A stretch of DNA of 64,000 bases. Origin: Candidatus Nanosyncoccus sp. (GTDB lineage: Bacteria > Patescibacteriota > Saccharimonadia > Saccharimonadales > Saccharimonadaceae). This document shows, piece after piece, positions 16,739-26,640 of this stretch. A model generated the notes under the pieces. It was not told the DNA's origin and searched no databases. It saw nothing but the letters and a program-made list of their open reading frames with translations. How positions within the stretch are numbered: the stretch's first letter is position 1; every line of letters starts with the position of its first letter. The translations under genes were made by a program, and so were the position numbers. The stretch is from NCBI GenBank assembly GCA_045546095.1, contig JAZQCE010000010.1, positions 5,712 through 69,711 on the forward strand, given 5' to 3'.

Positions 16739-17263
16739 TCACGACCTTTTCTTCCGCGAATTAGAAAACTTATAATCCCCATTATTCCCCTGCTGGTGGA
16801 GAAAACTACACGTAATCGCGACTGCTAGTGCATCTGCCGCATCATCCGGCTTTGGTTTCTTTTCTAGTCCCAGATGCACCCGCACCATTTCCTCTATCTG
16901 CGGCTTCGTAGCAGCACCATAGCCCGTGAGCGACATCTTTATCTGATTAGGCGAATACTCATACACCGGCACTCCGCGCTGCGCCGCCACCAGCAGCACC
17001 ACGCCTCGCGCTTCTGCCACCGCTATCCCGGTCGTTACGTTTTTTGAAAAAAACAGCTTCTCCACCGCCACCACTTCGGGCTTGCATTCATCAAACACCT
17101 GCACCAGGGAATCGTATAATTCCAACAGCCGCGCCGGCAGCGGCGCATCCACCTCCGTCGTCACCGCCCCAAAATCTAGCGCCCTCGCCCCCGCCCGAGA
17201 AGTCGCCTGTATCAATCCAAAGCCACAAATCCCAATCCCCGGATCAATCCCTAGTATACGCAT
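16739..17263 (-). CDS. ruvC: Crossover junction endodeoxyribonuclease RuvC
   Basis: ILGIDPG, AVEKLFF, EARGV, EYSPNQIK, DDAADALAVA. Confidence 0.97.
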   Translation of the reverse strand: MRILGIDPGIGICGFGLIQATSRAGARALDFGAVTTEVDAPLPARLLELYDSLVQVFDECKPEVVAVEKLFFSKNVTTGIAVAEARGVVLLVAAQRGVPVYEYSPNQIKMSLTGYGAATKPQIEEMVRVHLGLEKKPKPDDAADALAVAITCSFLHQQGNNGDYKFSNSRKKRS

Positions 17264-17276
17264 ATAATATATTATA

Positions 17277-17466
17277 ACGCTTGAAGAGTCTTTTTGTTAG
17301 CATAATGAGATTTAGACCAGATTTCTAAATTGTAAGTTTTGCAACTCGACAACGAAAAAATCTCCCCTAGCGAACTTTAGTTTGCGAATAAGGAGATTTT
17401 TTCTTGACTCGTGTTGCAAGTTTTACAATTTAGAAGTCCGAGCTAACAAAAAGACTCTTCAAGCGT
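17277..17466. repeat. 190-bp nested palindrome filling the radA-ruvC intergenic space
   Basis: Perfect 25-bp inverted repeat 17277-17301 / 17442-17466 enclosing an imperfect long stem 17320-17438. Confidence 0.9.
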
Positions 17467-18818
17467 CACTTTACATACCTTATCAGCGTACTCCTCAGGT
17501 CTTTGGCCGGGATTACGAATTTGTCGCGCACGGTAGCTGGCCCAATCGCATGGAGGAACCCCAGCTTTTTCGCCTCTGCAATTCTCTGGTCTGCCCGAAA
17601 AGCCGAGCGTATCTCGCCACCGAGCCCCACCTCACCAAACACTACGTATTCTTCACCCAGCTTCCTCCCCGCTACCGCCGACGCTATTGCCATACATACC
17701 GCAAGATCCGCTGCCGAATCATTCAGCTTCATCCCCCCTACCACATTCACAAAAATATCTTTATCTGCTAGCTTCAGCTTCGTCCGACGCTCCAGCACCG
17801 CAATTAATAGATTTAGCCGGTTCATATCAAACCCACTCGCCGTCCGCTTGGGATAGCCAAAATTTGTCTTCGTCGCGAGCGCCTGTATCTCTACCAGTAT
17901 CGGCCGATTCCCCTCTAAGGTCGCCAGTATCACCGAGCCATCCGTATTAGTCCGCTCTGCGAGTAATGCCGCCGATGGGTTTTGCACTTCCCGGAGCCCC
18001 GACGATGACATCTCAAATATCGCCACCTCGTTAGTAGAGCCAAATCGGTTTTTTACTGCTCGCACTGTCTTGAACCCACCATATCTATCCCCCTCAAAAT
18101 TCAGCACCACATCTACCAAGTGCTCCAATACTTTCGGCCCAGCCAAGGTGCCCTCTTTCGTCACGTGCCCCACGATAATTACAGCTGTATCCGTAGCTTT
18201 CGCCGCCCGGATAATCAAATTCCCACAATTCGTCACTTGCGACACCGTCCCCGGCGCCGACGATATCTCGTCCATCGCAAGAGTCTGAATAGAATCCACT
18301 ATCACGAGATCAAACTCGCCAGTCTCTATCGTCTTGGCGATATCATTAGCCGAAGTAGACGCCGCAAAGGATAATCGCTCACTCTCTGCCCCAAGTCTCA
18401 CCGCGCGAAGCTTCACCTGCCCCGCTGATTCCTCGCCAGAAACATACAGCACATTATGCGTCTTCGCTACCACTGCACATATTTGCATCAAGATCGTAGA
18501 CTTACCAATCCCTGGCTGCCCAGCGAGTAGCGACACCGACCCCATCAATATCCCACCCCCGATCACCACATCCAAATCAGCAAACTCCGTAGAAAGCCTA
18601 GCCTTGGCATCCGACGGCACTATAGTAGAAATTTTCACAAAATCTAGCTTTTTACCCGAAGCCTTGCCTTTGGCTAGGGCCGACTTACCTCCGACATTCA
18701 CAGCATCTAGCACCTGCTCTACCAGCGAATTCCAAGCTTGACAGTTCGTACACTGCCCCACCCATTTCGCATACACAGCACCGCACTGCTGGCAAACAAA
18801 CTGACTCTTGTTCTTCAT
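17466..18818 (-). CDS. radA: DNA repair protein RadA/Sms
   Basis: C4 zinc finger (CQQCG..CTNC), GQPGIGKST, KNRFG, GEVGLGGE. Confidence 0.97.
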   Translation of the reverse strand: MKNKSQFVCQQCGAVYAKWVGQCTNCQAWNSLVEQVLDAVNVGGKSALAKGKASGKKLDFVKISTIVPSDAKARLSTEFADLDVVIGGGILMGSVSLLAGQPGIGKSTILMQICAVVAKTHNVLYVSGEESAGQVKLRAVRLGAESERLSFAASTSANDIAKTIETGEFDLVIVDSIQTLAMDEISSAPGTVSQVTNCGNLIIRAAKATDTAVIIVGHVTKEGTLAGPKVLEHLVDVVLNFEGDRYGGFKTVRAVKNRFGSTNEVAIFEMSSSGLREVQNPSAALLAERTNTDGSVILATLEGNRPILVEIQALATKTNFGYPKRTASGFDMNRLNLLIAVLERRTKLKLADKDIFVNVVGGMKLNDSAADLAVCMAIASAVAGRKLGEEYVVFGEVGLGGEIRSAFRADQRIAEAKKLGFLHAIGPATVRDKFVIPAKDLRSTLIRYVK

Positions 18819-18831
18819 ATCACCTATTATA

Positions 18832-21800
18832 TCATAGGCGAGGGGCTAGTTCCTTGTGGTACACCATGTCCAAACTATTGTTTTCAGAATTATCGTTGCC
18901 ACTCTCAGGTGCTTTGATATCCTCGCCCCACATATAGAGTGAAGGATCATAATTGATTATTTCAGCCGGAATGACCGAGTTCGCACCTGTAGCCGCACCA
19001 TATGTCCGTTTCGGATCGACCTTACCAGCAATCACTGCACCGTTTATAATTAATTGCCGCGAATTTACCCCAGCATCAACATCATCAGAATCTGCACATG
19101 TTTTGACAGTATCGTCAGCGATCAGTAGCGCATCAATCCTATTCACCCTACAATTAATATTAATATTCTGCTTCGCATAAATCACCAATTTTGGCATCTC
19201 ACTATATTTGGTATATCCGTCGTCATAAATCAAATCACCATCAATTGTGATATCTTCAGTAGAATACACTACCTGTATTGTACTTTTTGCTACGGTATTT
19301 CCGCCCAAAGTCAGACTACTATTGCCACCATTGTAAAAGTAAACATTGTTCTCCTTAATTTTTGCCGCATCGTTTAGCGCCACCGTACCACTCACATTGG
19401 CTTTGTCGTCATATATATACTTAGCAAGAATCACATCCTTATCACCAGTCGCATTACTAGCCGTAGCAGCGCTACCAAGCGAGCCCAGATATGCAGTAGA
19501 TTCGTGGCATAGCCCACTCGCAGGGAGATTGGCAAACGTCAACGGGCTACGCTTGCAAAACGAATCAGCAGCGGTACTACCACCAGGTTGCTCGGCCAAA
19601 GGGTCATTATTATTTTTGCCACCCAGAGGGTTTGGCACAAGCGTTCCATCTTTATTTGCGCCATACCCCATACTCGCCCCACTACCAAACATCTTTATAG
19701 CACCACTAGAAATCACCCCCAGCTCACCCCAAGAGCCAAAGATATAATTCTCATCATAGCTTCCTATTATTCTGTAGTTATTGAATCCGGCCAAATGCCT
19801 CTTGCGCGTGATAGGGGTATCTATACCTCCATTCGAATACACGTTGCCACCCCACACTTGCAAGCTAGGCTTCTTTGCCACTTTATAGCATGCACGAGTA
19901 GAATACGCCCAAGACCCCTCATCCGTCTCATCATAAGCTGTCTGACTCATATTTGTGTCATCTTTGCTATCTATCGGATACACAGCCGACCGTACACATA
20001 TTTCCGTACCAGCTGGTACGTCTGGGATATTCACCATGATGGGCTGCATCGGTAGTGTATCTCCATCCTTTTTATTCAATGGGTTCAGCGTCACCTTTCT
20101 TGCTGGAGTCCATCGACACGTGTCACCAAAGCAGAGCTCTAGCTTATATTTCGCATTGGGCACCCAAGTAGCATACGTGTCTTCAAGTTCACCGTTCGGG
20201 CGCGGTTTTGTAATGAGTTTGATCCTAAAAGAACCAAAACTACCAGCTATAAATGTATCGCCAGACTCATTTGCTATCTCAGTTTCGTTTATAAAATTAT
20301 AGGGTACCTTTGCACTAGCGACCATAGACCTAGAAGTTGTATCCACATTACCCTTATTATTGTCTAATTTTACTAGGCGCCATTTTTGCGCCAAAGTTCC
20401 ATTCGAATCATAAATTTGTACATTAGCACCAGAGTCACTACTACCATTCGCCACATCCATAGCCTTATTATTGGACCCCGAGCAAGACGAGAAAAAGCTA
20501 AAAGTACCATCTCCATTATTAATCACTCGCCATTTCTGCGCACAGGTCCCATTAGAAGTATACATACCGATATTCGTTCCATTATTCAAATTCTGCGCGC
20601 TCAAATCCAACACCAACCCAGTGGCAGGATTCACAATCGTATAAGTACCATCACTATTTTTATCAAAACGCCAAGTTTGCGCCAATGTCCCATTGTTCCA
20701 ATAAATCTGCACGTTGGTGCCATTCCCAGCACTTCCCGTACCGCCAGCAATATCAATAGCGACACTATCAGACAGCGCCGACTGCACAGTATATTCGCCA
20801 TCAAACTCCTTATTGTACTCTTCAAAACTTACTTGCCCAGGCGTTGTTTTGGTAGTAAAATTCAGATTCGTAAGCGCTCTCTGATCTAGGCTGTAGCCTA
20901 CGTCGTCTTTTCCAACCTCCACCCGTATTTTCTCTCTTTCGGATCGCGGCGTCGTAGAACCTGGTTCATAAACATAGTTAGAAAGAAATGTGTACGTGCT
21001 CGTACCCGACCCGTCGTCCTTGCGCTTCTGGACACTAAACGCATTACGCCAATCCCCCATACCGGCATTCTTATACAAATTAAACATGCTTCCCAGCGTC
21101 CCCTCTCTATTTATTTCGTTTTGTGGAAAAACAGTCCCGCCATCTATCTGCATTTTTTGAGGAATCAAACCATACGTATACTGCAATACAGGATTATATG
21201 TAGCCCTATAATAAAGTGTGTCGCCCGGCTTCGCATACACTTCGCGTTGGAAATTCTGATACTTATCTATGCTAGCATTACGCACCTTAATATTAATAAA
21301 AGATGTATCGCTAGACGGCTTTGCTGGATCCTCCGGAATGTCCATATTTGCAGGATCATCAGGCTGAGCGTTGCCTAGCGCCGCTACACATGTAGTGAGT
21401 AATACTTCAGAAACACTTGGCTTCGGATGAAACGTCAGCGTCTCACATACAGTCTGGCCAGGGAATAGCTTGTTTTCCAAAACGTCAGTGTAAACAAGCC
21501 TGGGATTACCCCATGAAAAGTCTTCTGTAGCTCCCGAAACCAAAGTCTCAGATGTGACTGTATCAAGATTAGATGTACGCTCAATGCTATAAGTAGCGCC
21601 CTTCTTTCCCTCATCCCTCTTCAGCTGGTGCCAAAACTTAGCCGTACATCCATTCACTGGATCACAGTCCTTTATAAAATGCGTTACCTTCTTTGTAGAT
21701 TGCGTCCAGCCAGTCTCTTTTTTCTTATCATCTTGTATTGCACCCCACTCTGAATCCACTTCTGCTACTTGAGAGTTGGCGGAGTACTTATCAACTTCTT

Positions 21801-22404
21801 CCATACCATCCCAATAGCAAAAACCCCATACATCTCCAGGAATATAGTTTGGCACTGGTGCCCCCGGATAATCATGCATATATGCCTTCTGATACGCTAC
21901 TAAAGCTTCGTTCTCAAACCCATAACGTTCTATCATATATGGTCCCACCCACTGATTACCCCCCGGAATATTTCTAGTCACGTACGGAGCCCAACCAGGT
22001 TTATTATTAGCATTCAAGGTCATCCAGTGCCCATACATAGCTGTATTAAAATCACCATTACCCAAATTAGCTCCAAACACATTCGCTCCAAAATGCCAAA
22101 AACCTCCACCTTTATCTAAATGCTGTGAACATTCAGCGGGTATACCGACATTAAGAATATTCAACGTATTTGGAAAATACGGAAAATAAGTTGTAGAATC
22201 CACACTATATTGAGCCTTATAAAAGCCCCAGGAGACTCCTGCGCAGTCTATAGTAAAACCATATGAACATCCACCACCGGGCCCACCACTAGAAGCTCCA
22301 CCAGTACCAGTTCCAATCCAAGCCGAAGCATCGCCTACACAAAAGGAACCGCTCAAAAACAGCCCAAATATAAACGCAAAAACAGAACAAACTAGTCGTT
22401 TCAT
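18832..22404 (-). CDS. Giant secreted protein with an inserted RICIN-type beta-trefoil lectin domain
   Basis: Signal peptide; QxW repeats (AQTWRF, AQKWRV, AQKWRL); middle and C-terminal regions paralogous to 23564-26629. Confidence 0.85.
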   Translation of the reverse strand: MKRLVCSVFAFIFGLFLSGSFCVGDASAWIGTGTGGASSGGPGGGCSYGFTIDCAGVSWGFYKAQYSVDSTTYFPYFPNTLNILNVGIPAECSQHLDKGGGFWHFGANVFGANLGNGDFNTAMYGHWMTLNANNKPGWAPYVTRNIPGGNQWVGPYMIERYGFENEALVAYQKAYMHDYPGAPVPNYIPGDVWGFCYWDGMEEVDKYSANSQVAEVDSEWGAIQDDKKKETGWTQSTKKVTHFIKDCDPVNGCTAKFWHQLKRDEGKKGATYSIERTSNLDTVTSETLVSGATEDFSWGNPRLVYTDVLENKLFPGQTVCETLTFHPKPSVSEVLLTTCVAALGNAQPDDPANMDIPEDPAKPSSDTSFINIKVRNASIDKYQNFQREVYAKPGDTLYYRATYNPVLQYTYGLIPQKMQIDGGTVFPQNEINREGTLGSMFNLYKNAGMGDWRNAFSVQKRKDDGSGTSTYTFLSNYVYEPGSTTPRSEREKIRVEVGKDDVGYSLDQRALTNLNFTTKTTPGQVSFEEYNKEFDGEYTVQSALSDSVAIDIAGGTGSAGNGTNVQIYWNNGTLAQTWRFDKNSDGTYTIVNPATGLVLDLSAQNLNNGTNIGMYTSNGTCAQKWRVINNGDGTFSFFSSCSGSNNKAMDVANGSSDSGANVQIYDSNGTLAQKWRLVKLDNNKGNVDTTSRSMVASAKVPYNFINETEIANESGDTFIAGSFGSFRIKLITKPRPNGELEDTYATWVPNAKYKLELCFGDTCRWTPARKVTLNPLNKKDGDTLPMQPIMVNIPDVPAGTEICVRSAVYPIDSKDDTNMSQTAYDETDEGSWAYSTRACYKVAKKPSLQVWGGNVYSNGGIDTPITRKRHLAGFNNYRIIGSYDENYIFGSWGELGVISSGAIKMFGSGASMGYGANKDGTLVPNPLGGKNNNDPLAEQPGGSTAADSFCKRSPLTFANLPASGLCHESTAYLGSLGSAATASNATGDKDVILAKYIYDDKANVSGTVALNDAAKIKENNVYFYNGGNSSLTLGGNTVAKSTIQVVYSTEDITIDGDLIYDDGYTKYSEMPKLVIYAKQNININCRVNRIDALLIADDTVKTCADSDDVDAGVNSRQLIINGAVIAGKVDPKRTYGAATGANSVIPAEIINYDPSLYMWGEDIKAPESGNDNSENNSLDMVYHKELAPRL

Positions 22405-22964
22405 TGCATGTTCTCCTCTAATAACTTTTTATCAACCTTGGACTTTTCGTCAACAAGCTTCTTGTAACGCTCTGCATTAGCGGTATCTCCAAACGAATTA
22501 TACATATCATACAAAACCCCATAATAATACAGCTCGTTATTCTCGTTCACCAAACTAGAAACACTGTCCAAAATCTCCAGTGCCTGCTTTATGTCTTTAT
22601 AATTATCATAAACATAATATGCATACTCGATAGCTAAATATAATTTAAACTCTCCCGATGAAGACTCTACCGCCGATGTATATTCTTTTATGGCTTCATC
22701 TACCCCAAAACCAGGCTCAGTCCCAACTTTTTTCTCAATGGAATCAGCATATATCATTGCCCTTGTAGATTCAGCGATGGGTCCATCCCACCCTTCCATT
22801 TCATTCGCTACGTCTTCGTTGACCTCATTTTCGAAAGAAACCTCTTTCTTCTCAGGCATCGAAACCACGAAAATCGCAACCACCAATCCAACAATCAACA
22901 ACACCAACACAGCCAAGACTCCTACAAGAACCCCATTCCCCTTTTGTGTGCGCCTCTTTTCCAT
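22401..22964 (-). CDS. Membrane-anchored helical (TPR-like) protein
   Basis: N-terminal TM, alpha-helical repeat-like C-terminus; coupled to the giant protein gene. Confidence 0.7.
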   Translation of the reverse strand: MEKRRTQKGNGVLVGVLAVLVLLIVGLVVAIFVVSMPEKKEVSFENEVNEDVANEMEGWDGPIAESTRAMIYADSIEKKVGTEPGFGVDEAIKEYTSAVESSSGEFKLYLAIEYAYYVYDNYKDIKQALEILDSVSSLVNENNELYYYGVLYDMYNSFGDTANAERYKKLVDEKSKVDKKLLEENMQ

Positions 22965-23061
22965 ACTTATTATATTAACACAACCTTTTTGAAAAAACCA
23001 GCAAAATTACAAAAAACATAAAAATTTTGCATTTTATTTTTTCTTATGCTAAAATCGAGTT

Positions 23062-23580
23062 ATGCGGCGGAAGAATTGTTGTGGTGCTACCAACAAAAAG
23101 CTAATCATTATCCTCTGCTTTTTGATACTTGTAATTTCTTGCCTGATTGTATCTATCATCCTAGTAAACTGGCGCTCAAAATCCAGCACCCCGAGCATCA
23201 ACGATTGCACTATCCACGAAGAATCCTATGATATCGCAGATTGTATAAAAACCAACTATGAAATTGACGACAGCCTAGAAAATCTCCTGGCAAGCTATCG
23301 CGTCGCCATCACGCAATCTATTACAGAAGGCAAAACCTACACGGCAGCAAACCTAATAGCTTCTAGAGCCAACTTTTTTATCTCACTGGGCCAATGCGAT
23401 GAAGCCCTGCGACTTCTGGACGGTGAAGACCTGACTAGCTACGACGCCCAAGCCAAAAGTTATATCTACTCCAAAGCCCTAGACGCCAGCACAGAATGCG
23501 GCAATGAGGCCGCACAGTCCAAATGGGATACTCTATTAATAACCAACAATCAGGAGATAAAAAATGCAATCGGCACATAA
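23062..23580 (+). CDS. Membrane-anchored helical (TPR-like) protein
   Basis: N-terminal TM; mirror-image counterpart of 22401-22964; TTGCAT-N17-TAAAAT promoter just upstream. Confidence 0.7.
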   Translation: MRRKNCCGATNKKLIIILCFLILVISCLIVSIILVNWRSKSSTPSINDCTIHEESYDIADCIKTNYEIDDSLENLLASYRVAITQSITEGKTYTAANLIASRANFFISLGQCDEALRLLDGEDLTSYDAQAKSYIYSKALDASTECGNEAAQSKWDTLLITNNQEIKNAIGT

Positions 23581-26500
23581 AATCCTAATCAGTAGCTTAA
23601 TCGTCCTCGGTATCACACTTATCCCCTGTAATACATCCGTCTGGGCCGGTGATTACACCGGCAACGAAACAGGCGGCACAGAAACTGACTGCGGTTTTCC
23701 CCAAGCCTATCTACAAGTTTGTAGTGACGGCGCAGGCGGAGCCAGCTGGCACATCTATAGCACCAGCACCTATAGCGGCCCTACTTATGGCGAATTTGAC
23801 GGAGATATTTTGACTGGCGGTATTACCGTACGCGACATCAAAAGAGCTTGCGCCAAAAGCAACTTCGACTACTACGTCGCCTACGGCTGGGATGGCCGCC
23901 GAGATGGACCTGGCTCAGGGTTTGTACACTGGGGCCCCGCTCAGTGGAATAGAGGAGTCATAGCCGGTGCCCAATACAACAGTAGAGGAGCCCTTGGCAA
24001 AAACGATGCTATCGCAAAAATGGAAGACGGCACTATCACCGACGGTCAGAGGATCACCCAGAGCGCAGCCGAAGCCGTACACAAAGCCCAAATGGGCACC
24101 TCCAGCATCCCCGGCTCTACCGGTTTCTTTTGTTCGCCCTATCGCAAAAACCTAGACAAATTCTCTGGCCGTATCCGAATTGCAGAAGTAAACGGTGGCT
24201 GGAACGATATCGCCAGCAACAAGAAAACCAGCACCAGTTGGCAACAATCCGCAAAAAAGGTCATCCATTTTATCAACAACTGCGACCCCGTAAACGGCTG
24301 CACGGCCAAATTCTGGCATGCGCTAAAAAGAGATTCCGGTACAGGCAGTGTCACCTATACTATTAAAAGAACATCAAACTATAGCTCTGTCAGCTCTGGT
24401 ACTCTAGCCTCCCAAAAAACTGAAAAATTTACAAGCGGAAATTCCAAGACCGTCCTCACGGACGCTCACGACAAAAAACTTTTTCCCGGCCAAGTCGTCT
24501 GCGAGACCCTCACCTTCAAACCAAAACCAAATGCATCTAATGTTACCCTCACCGCCTGTATTGCTGCGCTAGGCAACGCTCAGCCCGGCGACCCCTCTAA
24601 TCCCGACACACCAGAAAACCCAAACACTAACTCGGGTGACACTTCTTTTATCAATATCAAAGTACGCAACGCAGCCGTAGCCAGATACGATAATTACCAA
24701 CGTGAAGTATATGCCAAGCCAGGCGATTTACTAGCCTATCGTGCGACTTACAATCCCAGATTACAATATACATACAGCCTAAAGCCGCAAAAAATGCAAA
24801 TCAATGGCGGCACAATCTACCCCAGATCTGGCATCAACACCTCGGCCACGCTCGGAGCCCTATTCAATCTGCACAAAGCCTCGACGACGCCCAATTGGAA
24901 CAACGCATTTAGCGTTCAAAGAAGTAGAAACAACTCCGCATACACTCTTGTCTCCAACCATCCCAACACAGTCGGCTCCACCGCCAAAGTCACGACAATT
25001 CCAGACTTCGTAATAGTTACAGCCAACGACGTAGGATCCAGCATAAACGAAAAAGCCATCACCAACCTCGTCACAGCCACCAAAACCACCCCTTCCCAAG
25101 TGACCTTCACCAAACACGATAACTCCTCCGAAGACCTAAGAGCCAACGTCTCTACCGCCTCAAAATCACAAACCGCCTCCGCCAAGGTCCCCTTCAATTT
25201 TGAAAACACTACCGAGATAGACGGAACCACTGGGACCACCCTAAATGCAGGCGAGGTCAAGGCTTTAAATGTCAAACTAATCACCAGCCCCCGCCAAAAC
25301 AACACCCTGAACGGTAGATACGCCACCAAAGTACCAGGTGCTTTGTACAAACTAGAAATCTGCCGTGACAATTCCTGTACCTGGACTAGTGCCAAATCGA
25401 CCACACTTAACTCCGCCGGCAACGCCGCTGGTAGCAATATCTCTCAACCCTACAGCATCAACATTCCTGACGCACCAGCCGGCACTAAGCTTTGTTTCCG
25501 CTCAGCAGTTTACCCCAAAAACAGCGGCACCGACACTAATCTCCTTGCCAATTACTATAACTCAAGCGACAATAACTCCTGGGCCTATTCATCACAAGTC
25601 TGCTACGACATAGTGAAAAAACCTAGTCTCCAAGTTTGGGGTGGCAACATCTACACAAATGGAAGCATCACCACCTCCGTCACCATCAAAAACAACCTCA
25701 GTGGCTATACAAACCACAGCCTAGAAGGCTCCAGTAGCGACAATTATGTCTTTGGCTCTTGGGGGGAATTAGGTGTAATCGCTAACGGCATCGTCAGAGG
25801 CTTCGCCAGTGGAGCTAGCACAGGATACAGCGCCCACCGCAGCGGTACACTCGTTCCCAACCCACTTGGTGGCATAAATAACAATAGCCCCCTTGCCAGC
25901 AACCCCGGTGGGACGAGAAAAACCTCGCTTTGCAATCTCAGCCCTCTCACTTTTGCCAATTCCCCATGCACGCCCAATACTGCAGGATCACTCATGAGTT
26001 TCACAATTACCAGTGGCACTAATAGCGACAAGTCAGCCATTATCGACAAATACATTTACAACGAAGTGAACACTCACGGCATCGTTACGCTAAACGACCC
26101 CACCAAACAAAAAACCGATAGCGTGTATTACTACGGCAGCAACTTAGGGCTAACCCTACCAAGTTCCACAATCGCAAAAGCCACTACCCAAGTCGTCCAC
26201 TCCACGAGAGACATTTCTATTACTGGCGACCTGACATACGAGGGGCCATACAACAACTACGACCAAATGCCAAAACTCGTTATCTACGCCGAAAACAACA
26301 TCAATATTGCCTGCAATGTAAACAGAATCGATGCTATCATCATTGCCGAAAAAACCGTCAAGACCTGTAGTGACTCTACCGACTTAAACTCTATAGCAAA
26401 TTCTAGACAACTGCTCATTAATGGTACAATCATTGCCGGCTCCTTAGAGCCCAACCGCACTTATGGTGCAGCCACAGGCGCAAATTCAATCGTCCCAGCG

Positions 26501-26629
26501 GAAATTATCAACTTTGATTCTTCCCTTTATATGTGGGGTTCTAACGAAAGCTCTACCACTAGTAGTGAAACCACAGCTGCCCCCGACCTATACAACACAT
26601 ATAGAAAAGAACTCTCCCCCCGTTACTAA
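23564..26629 (+). CDS. Giant secreted protein, paralog of 18832-22404 without the RICIN domain
   Basis: Shared blocks HFI..CDPVNGCTAKFWH, REVYAKPGD, KKPSLQVWGGN, YGAATGANS.PAEIIN, EL.PR. Confidence 0.85.
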   Translation: MQSAHKILISSLIVLGITLIPCNTSVWAGDYTGNETGGTETDCGFPQAYLQVCSDGAGGASWHIYSTSTYSGPTYGEFDGDILTGGITVRDIKRACAKSNFDYYVAYGWDGRRDGPGSGFVHWGPAQWNRGVIAGAQYNSRGALGKNDAIAKMEDGTITDGQRITQSAAEAVHKAQMGTSSIPGSTGFFCSPYRKNLDKFSGRIRIAEVNGGWNDIASNKKTSTSWQQSAKKVIHFINNCDPVNGCTAKFWHALKRDSGTGSVTYTIKRTSNYSSVSSGTLASQKTEKFTSGNSKTVLTDAHDKKLFPGQVVCETLTFKPKPNASNVTLTACIAALGNAQPGDPSNPDTPENPNTNSGDTSFINIKVRNAAVARYDNYQREVYAKPGDLLAYRATYNPRLQYTYSLKPQKMQINGGTIYPRSGINTSATLGALFNLHKASTTPNWNNAFSVQRSRNNSAYTLVSNHPNTVGSTAKVTTIPDFVIVTANDVGSSINEKAITNLVTATKTTPSQVTFTKHDNSSEDLRANVSTASKSQTASAKVPFNFENTTEIDGTTGTTLNAGEVKALNVKLITSPRQNNTLNGRYATKVPGALYKLEICRDNSCTWTSAKSTTLNSAGNAAGSNISQPYSINIPDAPAGTKLCFRSAVYPKNSGTDTNLLANYYNSSDNNSWAYSSQVCYDIVKKPSLQVWGGNIYTNGSITTSVTIKNNLSGYTNHSLEGSSSDNYVFGSWGELGVIANGIVRGFASGASTGYSAHRSGTLVPNPLGGINNNSPLASNPGGTRKTSLCNLSPLTFANSPCTPNTAGSLMSFTITSGTNSDKSAIIDKYIYNEVNTHGIVTLNDPTKQKTDSVYYYGSNLGLTLPSSTIAKATTQVVHSTRDISITGDLTYEGPYNNYDQMPKLVIYAENNINIACNVNRIDAIIIAEKTVKTCSDSTDLNSIANSRQLLINGTIIAGSLEPNRTYGAATGANSIVPAEIINFDSSLYMWGSNESSTTSSETTAAPDLYNTYRKELSPRY

Positions 26630-26640
26630 ACCACAAGGCC

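Noticed and set aside
22965-23061. Invertible promoter switch between the two giant-protein operons
   Set aside because: No flanking inverted repeats or invertase; each side has its own promoter; the paralogs are too diverged at synonymous sites for easy recombination.
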